This document shows positions 44,590-57,675 of a stretch of 64,000 nt of DNA, piece after piece (position 1 is the stretch's first letter; every line of letters starts with the position of its first letter). Made by a program: the position numbers and the translations under genes. The stretch comes from Octopus vulgaris (taxonomy: Eukaryota), in contig OX597837.1 in NCBI GenBank assembly GCA_951406725.2, positions 43,338,001-43,402,000 on the forward strand, given 5' to 3'. The notes beneath the pieces are model-generated. The model searched no databases. It saw only the letters and a program-made list of their open reading frames with translations, and was not told where the DNA came from.

Positions 44590-44686
44590 GTTCTTCTTCT
44601 TCTTCTTCTTCTTCTTCTTCTTCTTCTTCTTCTTCTTCTTCTTCTTCTTCTTCTTCTTCTTCTTCTTCTTCTTCTTCTTCTTCTTC
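44590..44686. repeat. (TTC)n microsatellite
   Basis: Visible directly. Confidence 0.95.
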
Positions 44687-44713
44687 CCTGTAAGTTTGGA
44701 ATAATATTCCCTC

Positions 44714-44751
<38 letters not shown>

Positions 44752-44883
44752 TTCAGCAAAACAATTTAGATTCAAATGAATATGGTACTTAATTTAGATG
44801 CACCAGGATTTTTTATGGTATTACCCATAAAATTATGTGGTGTGATTATAACCCAAAAATAGGCAACAAGAATGGATCCGGTA

Positions 44884-44972
44884 AATTAGTACAATTGTTT
44901 CATACTATAGCAATTTATTAAAGCTGCAAATATTACAGCAAATATAATATGTCAAGTAATCTTCAGCTAATT
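44884..44972 (-). ncRNA. Type-I hammerhead ribozyme motif, left arm
   Basis: Minus strand aattag CTGAAGA [long stem II] GAAA caattg TA ctaatt. Confidence 0.8.
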
Positions 44973-45042
44973 GCATATAGGTTTTCCAATAATGTAAAGT
45001 TAATTGATTTGAGAACTTTACATTATTGGAAAACCTATATGA

Positions 45043-45131
45043 AATTAGCTGAAGATTACTTGACATATTATATTTGCTGTAATATTTGCAGCTTTAATAA
45101 ATTGTTATAGTATGAAACAATTGTACTAAAT
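45043..45131 (+). ncRNA. Type-I hammerhead ribozyme motif, right arm
   Basis: ttag CTGAAGA (45049-45055) ... GAAA (45114-45117) caattg TA ctaa; predicted cleavage after GUA at 45125. Confidence 0.8.
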
Positions 45132-45494
45132 TACCGGATCCATTCTTGTTGCTTATTTTTTGGTTATGTATTATATATATATATATATATATATTTGAAA
45201 ACCAGTGGATGTATTCCATTGAATTTCAAGTTAAAAATCCTTCGAACAGACGGCCAGTAGCCACGCCTGCTGTAGAGTAGCCGCTACTCTACATTGATAA
45301 GGGGCAAATACCCTGAAACTAGTCTGTAGATGCCAGACCAGAAAGGGGAAGCAGCTGACCTCCCCTGTTCGAAGGTTATAATGGACACAGGTTTGTGTGA
45401 CATAACGAGCTAGAGGCGATTGCCTCTTGGAGCTTATCAACGGCAGCATTCGTCATATTTTTCTGGACTGCCATATTAGCTTGGCGATAACTAG

Positions 45495-45530
<36 letters not shown>

Positions 45531-45536
<6 letters not shown>

Positions 45537-45825
45537 ATCACGTGACCGACCAGACCATCAGATGTAGTTACACATCACTGGTCACAATGCGTTCGCATTG
45601 TTTTAGCCTTCGAATGACGCCACCCCGCTGGCTAAGCGAACAGGCCGACAGAAGAAAGAGTGGTGAAAGAGTACAGCAGGGATCACCACCATCCCCTGCC
45701 GGAGCCTCGTGGAGCTTTTAGGTGTTTTCGCTCAATAAACACTCACAATGGCCCGGTCTGGGAATCGAAACCGCGATCCTGCGACCGCGAGTCCGCTGCC
45801 CTAACCACTAGGCCATTGTGCCTCC

Positions 45826-45826
<1 letters not shown>
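45531..45826 (-). mobile_element. SINE with group A head and T2 tail, inside (TA)n
   Basis: Head and body match 54714; tail matches 61848-61968. Confidence 0.9.
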
Positions 45827-45864
<38 letters not shown>

Positions 45865-46083
45865 TATATAGATTGATTGATTGATAGATAAATCTGTCAC
45901 TCTTCATTTCAATTCAGTTCTTCCAATATTTATTAACTTATATCCATTGTTCATAGTCAGATACAAGCAAACACACACACATACACATATTTGTATATAC
46001 ATATATAAAATCCACTACGGTATATAGATGATATAAGTTTGTGGTATATAGTATGATACAATTTTGTAAATAACATGTTCTAT

Positions 46084-46169
<86 letters not shown>

Positions 46170-46910
46170 CACATATAAATTGCACAAAGAGAGTGAGAGA
46201 GAGAGATGGAAAGAAAGACAGAGAGACAGAGTGATGAATGTAGAGGGCGAGAGAGAGAGAGCGAGAGATAAACATACATCTGTATATACATATAAACATG
46301 TACGTGTGTTCACGTTTGTGTTTGTGTGCATGATTGTTTGTTCTTCTGTGTAACAGTATGTGAGTGTGGATGCAGATGCTAATCTTATCTCCTTGTTAAC
46401 TGAATGTCAGGACAAATTATACAAAAAGCAATAAAAAAAAAACAAACATAATCAAAAATGCAAAAATACGCATGTCAAAGAACTGCCAAAATATCAGACT
46501 TCTCTTTACAAATTACACAGATTTTTATGTCTTTTTTTCATTCTTTCTTTCTAAAAAGGTCAGTACCAGTATTTTCTCTAATAATAGTGAATATTCTTCA
46601 AAAACTGTAGAGAAGACGTGACTACTGAAGAAGTTCTGCCTGCAGAAACTAATCGACCGAATACTGATTATTTCCAGCATGTCCCAACACCGTATTGGAA
46701 AAAGAAACTCTTTTGTATGTGATATAATAACTTTTCTCTAAGTGTACGGCCTAACTTTCAATAAATGTTAACCCTTTCTGGACCATTTTCATAATGATAG
46801 CTACTGCTTGCGTGATTCATTTAAATTTGAAAAACTGTATTTACAAATGCATACATCTCACGCTTGCATAAGACGTACCTCTATTTTACAAATAAATTTT
46901 ATCGCAATTT

Positions 46911-47060
46911 AGGAGTAGGAGTGGCTGTGTGGTAAGTAGCTTGCTTACCAACCACATGGTTCCGGGTTTAGTTCCACTGTGTTGCACCTTGGGCAAGTGT
47001 CTTGGACCGACCAAAGGCTTGTGAGTGGATTTGGTAGACGGAAACTGAAAGAAGCTCGTC

Positions 47061-47099
<39 letters not shown>

Positions 47100-47345
47100 T
47101 GTGCATATATTTTTGTGTGTATATGTTTGTATGTCTGTGTTTGTCCCCACCAACATCGCTTGACAACCGATGCTTTTGTGTTTACGCCCCCATAACTTAG
47201 CGGTTCGGCAAAAGAGACTGATAGAATAAGTACTAGGCTTACAAAGAATAAGTCCTGGGGTCTATGTGCTCGACCAAAGGCAGTGCTCCTGCATGGCCAC
47301 AGTGAAATGACTGAAACAAATAAACGAGTAAAAAGAGTAAAGAGA
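46911..47345 (+). mobile_element. SINE group C, full length (reference copy)
   Basis: A box tggctgtgtggt, B-box-like gggtttagttcc, CORE-like caccttgggcaagtgtctt, internal (TA)n, tail ...gactgaaacaa(gagtaaaa)n. Confidence 0.9.
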
Positions 47346-47635
47346 AATAAGAAAAATTTAGTATGTTCCATCAAACACGTATTGAAAGATATTTGAAAGT
47401 AGTTTTCTAGAGAAAAATATATGATTCTGTGCATGCGAATATAATATTATGACAGTATGCCGGAATAAAGTATGAAACCATAGATTTATGATAAATAAAC
47501 TTTTGAAACCATACACTTATCATAAATAAACTGTTATTCGAATACCGAATTTCAGTTTTATCTTCTTTCAGATGAACTGAGCAGCTGCTAATGCTTTGGG
47601 AAGGAGAAATCGCCATGCAAGATATCCAGCATTTT

Positions 47636-47892
47636 GGTCTGATCAACGGAACAGCCTACTCGTGAAATTAACGTGCAAGTGGCTGAGCACTCCACAGACA
47701 CGTGTACCCTTAACGTAGTTCTCAGGGAGATTCGGCATTGCATAGAATGTGACAAGGCTGGTCTTTTGAAATACAGGTACTACTCTTTTTTATAAAGTGT
47801 CTTGCTCAAGGACACAACGCGTCGCCAGGAAATGAACCCCGCACTTTACTATCGTAAGCCGAATGCCTTAACCACTAAGCCACGTTCCCTCA
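47636..47892 (-). mobile_element. SINE with group B head and T1 tail
   Basis: aagtgtcttgctcaaggacacaacgc (B) joined to caacggaacagcctactcgtgaaattaacg (tail of 54714 and 58228). Confidence 0.8.
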
Positions 47893-49093
47893 CTTAAATC
47901 ATGTATTTCTCTCATGTTTTCTGTCGCCCTGATCAACTAACAGTTTGGTTCACCACTGCTATGATTTTGTTGTCATCTACTCATTGCAAATAACTAATAA
48001 TCGGATGACAGTTTAATATTCCTTGCATTTAATATTTCGCTTCATTCACATAATTAAACATTTTCTCTTAAAGGTAGCATAGCCATTAAAAAAATGTTAC
48101 TCGCACATCAGGTGTGATTTATGGTTTCTGTGAAAGGGGTATAATGCGATGATGTGACATCTCCACGCAACTGCCGATTTCTCGTAAGGAATTTTTCTTG
48201 AGTTTGTACAGACTGCGATATTTTGGGATGTCAATATTCTATCTATATTAAGAAAAGCGAAATTCTGTCTGTCCGCATGCGACGCCTGCATCTCACACTA
48301 CATTTGCTCTACATAGACTTATTATACGTTTTCGGAATCAGGGTGGCCCCAGGATTGACAATTTGCCCTTCAGATCTGTGTTTTGTGGCTATATTTAAGA
48401 AATTATAATAGTAATAATAATAGTAAAATCACTTCAATATAAATATAGCCACTCTTCAGGTTAAAGATAAAAACAATAAAATAATAAATTAGATAACTTA
48501 ATAAATATACGTAAATAATCTTGTAAAATACGAAATATCTTAATAAATATATTCATTTGTTTCTTGAACACCCAACATAGGGATCTAATTTAAAAGCATT
48601 TGGGTTACTATTTCTAACAGGTAAAGCTTGGCTGATTTACGCCATCTTGCTCGGTGTTTGTCAGATGACATCAGCGATCAAGGGGGTGATAAATGACATT
48701 CACTTCGTTACTTTTACGTCGAGATAAGAACTCTGAGACAAATTAGCCAACAGTTGGAATTCAACTTGGGACTGGAACAATAGAATGATTCCATTGCAGA
48801 ATTAATTCTCATCCGTCCTTAACCTCTGATCAAACACCACCGAGGCATATCGTCATTATAGACATATTATAGTCATGCTATTTCGTTATCTTTAGTTTTA
48901 GGCTGTAGGCCCAGTTAATCTGCAGAAGCTAGCTTTAAAACCCGCACGGAGTGAAGCTTCTAAGTTGGTTATAAATAAAAATTATTGTGCCTAGCGTATA
49001 CTCATACGGCTCATATACGTATATGTAGTTGTCGCTTCTGTTAAATTAGGATCGATCAAAAACTGTACACAACCCATTGAGATATAAATACCT

Positions 49094-49324
49094 ATTTCTT
49101 TACTACCCACAAGAGTCTAAAAAAAGAGAGGACAAATAAGGACAGACAAACGGATGAAGTCGATTACTTCGACCCCAGTGCGTAACTGGTTCTTAATTTA
49201 TCGACCCCGAAAGGATGAAAGGCAAAGTCGACCTCGGCGGAATTTGAATTCAGAGCGTAACTGAAGACGAAATGACTCTAAGCATTTTACCCCGCGTGCT
49301 AACGATTCTGCCAGCTCACCGCCC
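49094..49324 (-). mobile_element. SINE group D monomer, type-1 tail
   Basis: TSD agatataaatacct at 49080-49093 and 49330-49343. Confidence 0.9.
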
Positions 49325-49614
49325 TATTTAGATATAAATACCTTTTAACAATACAGTGTTAAGAGATGTTTATCTCTCACTTTAACGAAACAATAAATCA
49401 TATGCATGTATATATATATATGAGTGTGTATATACGTGTACACACACACATGCATATATATATGCATACACACACGTACATTTATATCCATCTATTTATC
49501 TATACACACACACTCACACATATATACACACAAATGCGCACATTTATGTATGTATATATGCATATATATATTTATATAGTTAAATATATATTTATGTATG
49601 AATATCTATCTATC

Positions 49615-49713
49615 TGATCGAAAACCAAACCCCCTTTTTTTACCCCCAAAAGAAAAGCTCTACCTTGTAATTTGTCCTGTCTGTGTGCAGCCCTGTGTGG
49701 CTAATAAAGAAAC
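49615..49713 (+). mobile_element. Probable 5'-truncated LINE 3' end inside (TATC)n
   Basis: Ends tttgtcctgtctgtgtgcagccctgtgtggctaataaagaaa, homologous to the SINE D type-1 tail. Confidence 0.55.
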
Positions 49714-50070
<357 letters not shown>

Positions 50071-50482
50071 ATTTTTAGTTAGGCGCGTCACTCAGAACCT
50101 CCTGCGAGCCACTGAGCTAGCTCAACAAGATTCAACTCATCCTTCCTATTTCGGAAACTGGTGCTGACCACCACGTTCTTTTCTTTTCGCTCTTCAGACC
50201 CACAGAACATCACCGACTGCCACCTCCAACGTACCCTTCTCATTTCCAAGGCGATGGTAGAACGTGATTCAAAAGAGATCTGGCTATTATTTTCTAAGAT
50301 TTTCGAGCATCCGCGTAGATGCTTGTATTCTTGGCACAAAATAATGTTTTATGCACGCAGGATGACAGCACCAGCGGTAACAAGACAACAACTGTTCATA
50401 CATTTCTTTAATGACTTCAACAATCATTTAGCATGAGATTGTCATTTTGAAAAGCAGTCTCGTAAAATACTAGACGAAAGAA

Positions 50483-50587
50483 AATAATAATAATAGTAAT
50501 AATAATACTAATAATAATGATAATGATAATAATAATAATGATAATAATAATAATAATAATAAAAAAAATAATAATGATGATGATGAC

Positions 50588-50637
<50 letters not shown>

Positions 50638-50933
50638 TATGATTATGATATTAATATAAAATGATAATGAAAAAGTATAAATAATGAATTGATAAAACAG
50701 TGATGTGATAATAATAATAATAATAATAATAGTAATAATAATAGCAATAATAATAACAATAATACCAGCAGCAACAACAACAACAACAACATCAACAACA
50801 ATTAAAATGATATTAATAATAATAATGATGATGATGATGATGATGATGATATGATGATGATGATGATGATGATTATGATGATGATGATGTTGGTGATAAT
50901 AATAATAATAATAATAACAACAACAACAACAAC

Positions 50934-50965
<32 letters not shown>

Positions 50966-50980
50966 TAATAATAATAATGA
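50483..50980. repeat. Compound (AAT)/(ATG)/(AAC) microsatellite
   Basis: Visible directly. Confidence 0.95.
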
Positions 50981-51737
50981 TTGCTGATTACGTGATTCAT
51001 TTAAATCATTTAATTCAAAATTGCAATAAATTATGGAAGGAGTCTTCTTGGAAAAACGTCACTTCGGTTCCATAAATATTTCATTATAAATCTTTGCGGG
51101 ATTCATTTAACTCTGGATTGCTATCAATCAAAATTAGAACGAGTGTCCTTGACAAAGGCCCACTGCCGTTCCGTAAGACTCTCATAATTTTATACTAATG
51201 TCATACTTGACAATCCACAGAAATATTTCAGATCAATTTATGACTTATTTGGGACGTGTTGCTCAAAAACCTTTATACTTCTTCTAACAGAAAAACATTG
51301 CCGTAAGTTCCGCCCCCAAACGATGGATGACAGTGTAGTAATTATGTTGTAAAAAGTTCGGTTCGGCATTGGATACGTCACGGTTCGGTGGCATAGGGAA
51401 AGTGATTGCTGACCGTGACGGCCCTTCACTTCGCCGCTCCCCCGCTCAGGACCACACTGAGCTCATAATGCTTATACAGGAAATCCAGAAGTGTCACTCC
51501 ATAAGCGTTGCACAGGGTGGTCGGTCCTCCATTTGCCAGCCATTGTCCCTCTTTCCTCTTCGTATCTCACCTTTGTACCCTACCCTCAACCCCTTGTGCC
51601 ATCACCCTCTCGCCCTCACCCAAAGTTTAAAAGGGATTTAGAAGTATACCCTGCGAATACCGGCTAACAGATTGTATTGCATAAAAGTTGATATTTTACC
51701 TGTAATCTGTTGTAATAATAAACAGTAATTTATATAG

Positions 51738-52020
51738 ACTAGTGGGACTTGTGAAAATCCCACAGAACGAAAAAGATTAAGACAAGCCATTTAAGAAAGA
51801 AGGGATAATCTCTATTTATATTTTTATTTTGCTAAGTTATTTCACTTCTAGTCACAATAATACATCGCATGATTTTAAAATTTCCCTCTGCTAAGCACTT
51901 TATGTTTCTCTCTTTCTCTCTCTGACACCTTTAAAAATAGAGAAGTTGTCCCTATTAAGAGGGCTAAAAAGACCTCTCGTCCCTGGATTAGTTCTCGAAG
52001 ACATAATGTCGCTTACAAGA
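51738..52020 (-). mobile_element. Possible non-autonomous Helitron 3' portion
   Basis: Minus strand ends in hairpin tgtgggattttcaca, then agtccca-CTAG-T. The other boundary is uncertain. Confidence 0.35.
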
Positions 52021-52719
52021 TCCACATTTCATTTTACATTCCTTTCATTTAGCAGAATAAATCTCGTCACTCTTTTTATTTTTAGGAAGAAATAACGACC
52101 TTAAGAGTATTTTATTAAAAAACGCGTTTTTACATGAATTTTGTCTCAGGCAAGCTCAGCATTATTTTATATTCTTCCAGATTCCAGAAAATCAGCCATA
52201 GTTGTTACATTTGTCTTGAGTCTAAGTCTTTCCTGATAGGTTTCCCCAGACAGTATCCCTTCGAATACCAGCTAACAGATTGCATAAATGTTGATATTTT
52301 ATCTGAAAGGAAGATGGTTTATCTTTAATCTGTTGTCATATTAAACAATCATATATCGAATCAGATATCCGTTTCAGCACTGACTATACATTTAATTCCA
52401 CGCAAAATACATTGTTCAATGTAACTTTATTTTCAAAACGGTAGATTATGATTTAAAGGAGACTTAATTGTTAATTTTATCAAGGCCAAGAAACCACGTA
52501 GAAACTCCTTCCTCTGGTTCGTACGAGTACAATATATTGTTCGATGGAATCTATTATAATCTCCACAAAATTTATGGATTTTCATCACCTGCGTAGGCAA
52601 TTGCAGACGACACGTCGCTGAAACTTTTTCATTTTAGATTAACTCTTAGCACTCGTCATCGAGAATCGAGATGAAACAACTAATTATCAGCGTCTGTACA
52701 CAAATATCTGTTTTGTTTA

Positions 52720-52777
<58 letters not shown>

Positions 52778-53047
52778 TTGTTATTCTACCAATTATATAC
52801 GTTTTCTTCTTATTTTTTGGGGAATTTACTTAATCATCGGTATTTTATTGTTATTTTAATTTTAATATTTTTATTATATGTAATTTTCTAGATGGTGTAA
52901 TTTAATTCTTCATTTTGAATTGGTAAAATGTGTTTTTTTTTCTAATTTTTATATATATATATATTATATTGTGTGAAATTTGATTTAGTATTTCTAAATT
53001 GAATTTTTTCCCTGTAAGTTAGGATTAATATTCCCTCAAATAATAAT

Positions 53048-53159
<112 letters not shown>

Positions 53160-54058
53160 TGTCTCTCTGTCATTGTTTATTTGTCTCTCTCCATTTATTG
53201 TTTTACCCGTTCACCTCAAAAGATTTTTTTCAACCATTAGGATTAGAGACCTCGTTATTTGTTGTCATTGCTCTTGTTTTATTTTTCTACTCTTATCTGC
53301 TCATTTATACCCCAAACAGATTATGTCGCTGAAACCACCATATTAAATACTATTATTCCAAGGTATCGAAACTGTGATGATATTTGGCCGATAACTGATG
53401 ATGGATGCAGTATATCCGCTTCCATTGTCTGTATACTTTCCAGTTTTCCGTATATTCCTTTGTCATTCCACTGTGCCACGTTTTATTACTTATATCAGCT
53501 TATGATGTCTGGCCACATAAAGGTCGCCATATATATTATCAGCAATAAATATGCAGATCAAATGTTATCACTTATATTCTTTCTAAATTAATGTGCAAGA
53601 CGTTATCTTTTGACGTATATAAATATATAATTTTCTAAATCGGAGGTGATTTACCTGTATTAAAGTTAATTGTTTACCAAATGTATTACGTGCCTTTTAT
53701 CCAGGACATTTTCATCAATTAATGTCTGAATGCTAATAAATCGCCGCCAAGTATCGAATCAGAAGGATACTGAATATAGTGGGGAAAAAGTTTTATCGAC
53801 AACTTCTTCAAGCGAAGCCATTATTGAATAAAAAGCAAATACTCAAACGATGGATTGAAAAGAAACTTAAGTTGTTTATAAATTATTCGAAAAACTATGC
53901 ATATGTGTGTGTATGGGTGCGTGAGTGCTTTTTGTCTGTGTGTATATGTGTGCATGTATGCTGATGTGCTTTGTTCCCACGCATGGATATAATATATATA
54001 CGACACACAGTACATACACATATATATAATATATAAATATATATATATATATATATAA

Positions 54059-54131
<73 letters not shown>

Positions 54132-54286
54132 CATACATTAATATATATACATGCATATATATACGTACATATATACAAGGAATTTTGGAAAACTGTTTAC
54201 AACCTATATCTGCCTCTAATGGAATTATCTCCAATATTTCATGAGTATAACCTCACCCACTAAGATGTCTAGAGAACTCAAATGTA

Positions 54287-54377
54287 TTTTAGCTGATGAG
54301 TACGGGACACTTTTATCTGCTGCAATTTTTGCAACTTGTAATAAAGTCTGTCTTTGTATGAAACAATTGTACTAAAA
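54287..54377 (+). ncRNA. Type-I hammerhead ribozyme motif, best-formed copy
   Basis: Stem I ttttag/ctaaaa; CTGATGA 54293-54299; long stem II gtacgggacac.../...tgtctttgtat; GAAA 54360-54363; palindromic acaattgt; GUA site at 54371. Confidence 0.85.
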
Positions 54378-54405
54378 ACTAATCCATTCTTGTTGCTTCT
54401 TTCTC

Positions 54406-54454
<49 letters not shown>

Positions 54455-54713
54455 ATTTCGTGCTAGATGTATCATTGCAACTGGTAAGTTGAGAGCTCCA
54501 TGAAGAATTACAGCATCCAATCGATTTGGTGTAATGCGGTGTGGTTATTCCTGTATTTAGTAGTATAAAAGTTTATGACAAACAGAAGAAATACGATGAA
54601 TGTGGGCAATGGATTCAACATAATGTAATAAAGTGTTCCCCTGATGAAACGATGTGATTCACAGTCCAATTGCATTCGGAATATCCTTTGCAGAAATTGC
54701 TACTAAGCACAGT

Positions 54714-55100
54714 GGAGGCGCAATGGCCCAGTGGTTAGGGCAGCGGACTCGCGGTCATAGGATCGCAGTTTCGATTCCCAGACCGGGCGTTGTGAGTGTT
54801 TATTGAGTGAAAACACCTAAAAGCTCCACGAGGCTCCGGCAGGGGATTGTGGTGATCCCTGCTGTACTCTTTCACCACAACTTTCTCTCACTCTTACTTC
54901 CTGTTTCTGTTGTACCTGTATTTCAAAGGGGCCGGCCTTGTCACTCTCTGTGTCACGCTGAATATCCCCGAGAACTACGTTAAGGGTGCACGTGCCTGTG
55001 GAGTGCTCAGCCACTTACACGTTAATTTCACGAGCAGGCTGTTCCGTTGATTCGGATCAACCGGAACCCTCATAGTCATAACCGACGGAGTGCTTCTACC
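54714..55100 (+). mobile_element. SINE group A, full length, T1 tail
   Basis: tRNA-like head tggcccagtggttagggcagcggactcgcgg...gtttcgattccc. TSD actaagcacagt at 54702-54713 and 55101-55112. Confidence 0.92.
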
Positions 55101-55206
55101 ACTAAGCACAGTCGGGAACAAGTGATATAAACTATATTTTGTGTTAATCTTACGCACCTACCGACACACACACGCACTCACGCACAAATATGCTCATGAA
55201 CATGTT

Positions 55207-55552
55207 AAGGCGCATGGCTCAGTGGTTAGAGCGTCGAGCTTACGATCGTGAGATTGTGAGCTCGAATCTCGGACCGGTTTTGTGTTGTGTTGTGTTCTTG
55301 AGCAAGATACTTTATTTCACGTTGCTCCAGTTCACTCAGCCGTAGAAACGAATTGTGATGTCACTGGTGCCAAGCTGTATCGGCCCCGTTGCCTTTCCCT
55401 TGGATGACATCGGTGGCGTGGAGAGGCGAGGTTGGAATGTATGGATGACTGCTGGTCTTCTACAAACAACCTTACCCGGACCTGTGCTTCAGAGGGGAAC
55501 TCTCTAGGTGCAATTCTATGATCATTCATGACTGAAGAGGGCTTTTACCCTT
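55207..55552 (+). mobile_element. SINE group B, full length, T4 tail
   Basis: Head as at 7782; tail as at 38-190. Confidence 0.9.
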
Positions 55553-55635
55553 TACATATACATACATATTTACAAAGCGAAAGGGTCTGTAATGAACGAA
55601 TTGATAATTTCACATACCCCCCACAGACACATACA

Positions 55636-55669
<34 letters not shown>

Positions 55670-55672
<3 letters not shown>

Positions 55673-55826
55673 GACAGGCTTCTTTCAGTTTCCGCATAAC
55701 AAATCCACTTACAAGGCTTTGGCCAGCCCGAGGCTTTAGTAGAAGACACTTGCCCAAGGTGCCACGCAATGGGACCGAACCTGGAGCCATGTGGTTGGCA
55801 AGCAAGGTTCTTATCCCTCAGCCACC
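55670..55826 (-). mobile_element. SINE group C, 5' part
   Basis: agaagacacttgcccaaggtgccacgc, abutting (TA)n. Confidence 0.85.
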
Positions 55827-55869
55827 CTTCCGCTTGCACACTCACACATATACGCACACATGTATTTAA

Positions 55870-55920
<51 letters not shown>

Positions 55921-56599
55921 TATACACACGTGTGTGTATATATACACGTGCACACGTACATATATATGTGTATGGGTGATAAATAAAATAAAATATCAAT
56001 TACTATAGTCGATTCATTCGATTAAAAATTCTTTAAGGCGATGCCTCAGAATGGCCACAGTCTAATGACTGAAACAAGCCAAAGATAAAAGATAATTAAC
56101 CAGAGACTTCGAATCTCAAATATTTAATTTGGCAGAAATGCCACCGTTTAAGGTTGACAATAAATTATTTCGCTCGCAATAACCGCCTCTTCTTAGAAAA
56201 CAATACTAAATTCTCAATTCTTCGCCGTATTATAAATAACCTTATAGAATTGTAATTAGAAAATCATACATTTGCATACCGAGACTATGTAATTATTTAG
56301 TTTCAATCAGTGTAAGAAAATTAATCTTCATTAGTTGCTTTAATCTTTATTAGTTTCAATAAAGTCAATAAAGAAAACTGTTCGTCTTTAAATAAGAAAA
56401 TATTTATTGAAATGGAAATCGATATTTTACTTGTGTATTCTCAATGTTGGTATAAGCCATGGTCAGATTTATTAAAACTGGTTCGCAGAGGTTTTAAAGG
56501 CACTAAAATGAAGGAACAAAAGTCTAGAAATAACAATTAAATCTTGCTTAAATCAGACCCATTGGAAGGAGATCTATCATAGATGTAGTTATACATATA

Positions 56600-56845
56600 C
56601 TATTTTACTCTTTTCCTTGTTTCAGTCGTTTGACTGTGGTCACGCTGGAGCACCGCCTATAGTCGAGCAAAATCACCAGAGGACTTATTCTTTGTAAGCC
56701 TAGTAATTATTCTATCGGTCCCTTTTGCCGAACCGCTAAGTTACAGGGACGTAAACACACCAGCATCGGTTGTCAAGCGATGTTGGTGGGACAAACACAG
56801 ACACACAAACATACTCACACACACAAACACACACAACACACACAC

Positions 56846-56900
<55 letters not shown>

Positions 56901-56906
56901 ATGTAT

Positions 56907-56966
<60 letters not shown>

Positions 56967-57129
56967 GACGGGTTTCTTTTAGTTTGCGTCTACCAAATCC
57001 ACTCACAAGGTTTTGATCGGCTCGAGGCTATAGTAGAAGACACTTGCCCAAGGTGCCACGCAGTGAGACTGAACGCGGAACCATGTGATTGGCAAGCAAG
57101 CTACTTACCACATAGCCACTCTTGCGCCT
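56600..57129 (-). mobile_element. SINE group C, full length with expanded internal (TA)n
   Basis: Colinear with the reverse complement of 46911-47345. Confidence 0.9.
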
Positions 57130-57419
57130 ATGTAAAAGATTGGTTAGTCACGGTCGGTACGATTTGTATGGTTAGTCTGTTGCATCAGTGTTGGTTTAGT
57201 TTAGTTCTCTAAGACTACAAGGTAATGAATTTGCGTTCGCTTAACATGCTAGATATAGTACCTATGTCATAAATATCCTTCGCCTCACACCCTGCTATCT
57301 TTCAAGAAATGAAACTATAACGTATATGATAGTACTAGTTGTTCATTTTTGGTGACCGAAAAAATATAAAATATATGGACTGGGTTATCATAGCTGCAAT
57401 ACCATTTTTTTAATTTCTG

Positions 57420-57675
57420 GGCCCTTTTCAAGCTTAGCCATGCTCATGGGCCCGGTTTCCCGGTTTCTGGACGGGACACCAGTCCATCGCAGAGTTACTC
57501 AAGAAACAGGAAGAAAAAGTATGAGAAAGTTGGCGCGAAAGAGTACAACAGGGGTCGCCACCACCCCCTGCCGGAGCCTCGTGGAGCTTTAGGTGTTTTC
57601 GCTCAATAAACACACACAGCGCCCGGTCTGGGAATCGAAACCACAACCTGTCTAACTGGGCCATTGCGCCTCCAC
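57420..57675 (-). mobile_element. SINE with group A head and T3 tail
   Basis: A body (ccggagcctcgtggagctttaggtg) joined to gggcccggtttcccggtttc...ccagtccatcgc, the tail of 37406. Confidence 0.85.

Larger units (their letters stand above)
44848..45167. repeat. Near-perfect inverted repeat, ~154-bp arms, 12-bp spacer, Penelope-like-element derived
   Basis: 44848-45001 is the reverse complement of 45014-45167 with few mismatches. Confidence 0.95.

Noticed and set aside
47545-47640. Plus-strand acceptor ttttatcttctttcag followed by ATG
   Set aside because: Two frames stop immediately, the third is unrecognisable and runs into a SINE; no donor found.
48238-48400. Helitron-like 5' end (tctatattaagaaaagcg...ctgtctgtccg)
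   Set aside because: No matching hairpin-CTAG 3' end found downstream; resemblance only.
54714-54790. True tRNA genes here and at 7782, 36854, 37406, 55207
   Set aside because: A and B boxes are present, but the acceptor stems are poor and each runs into a SINE body, several with TSDs.
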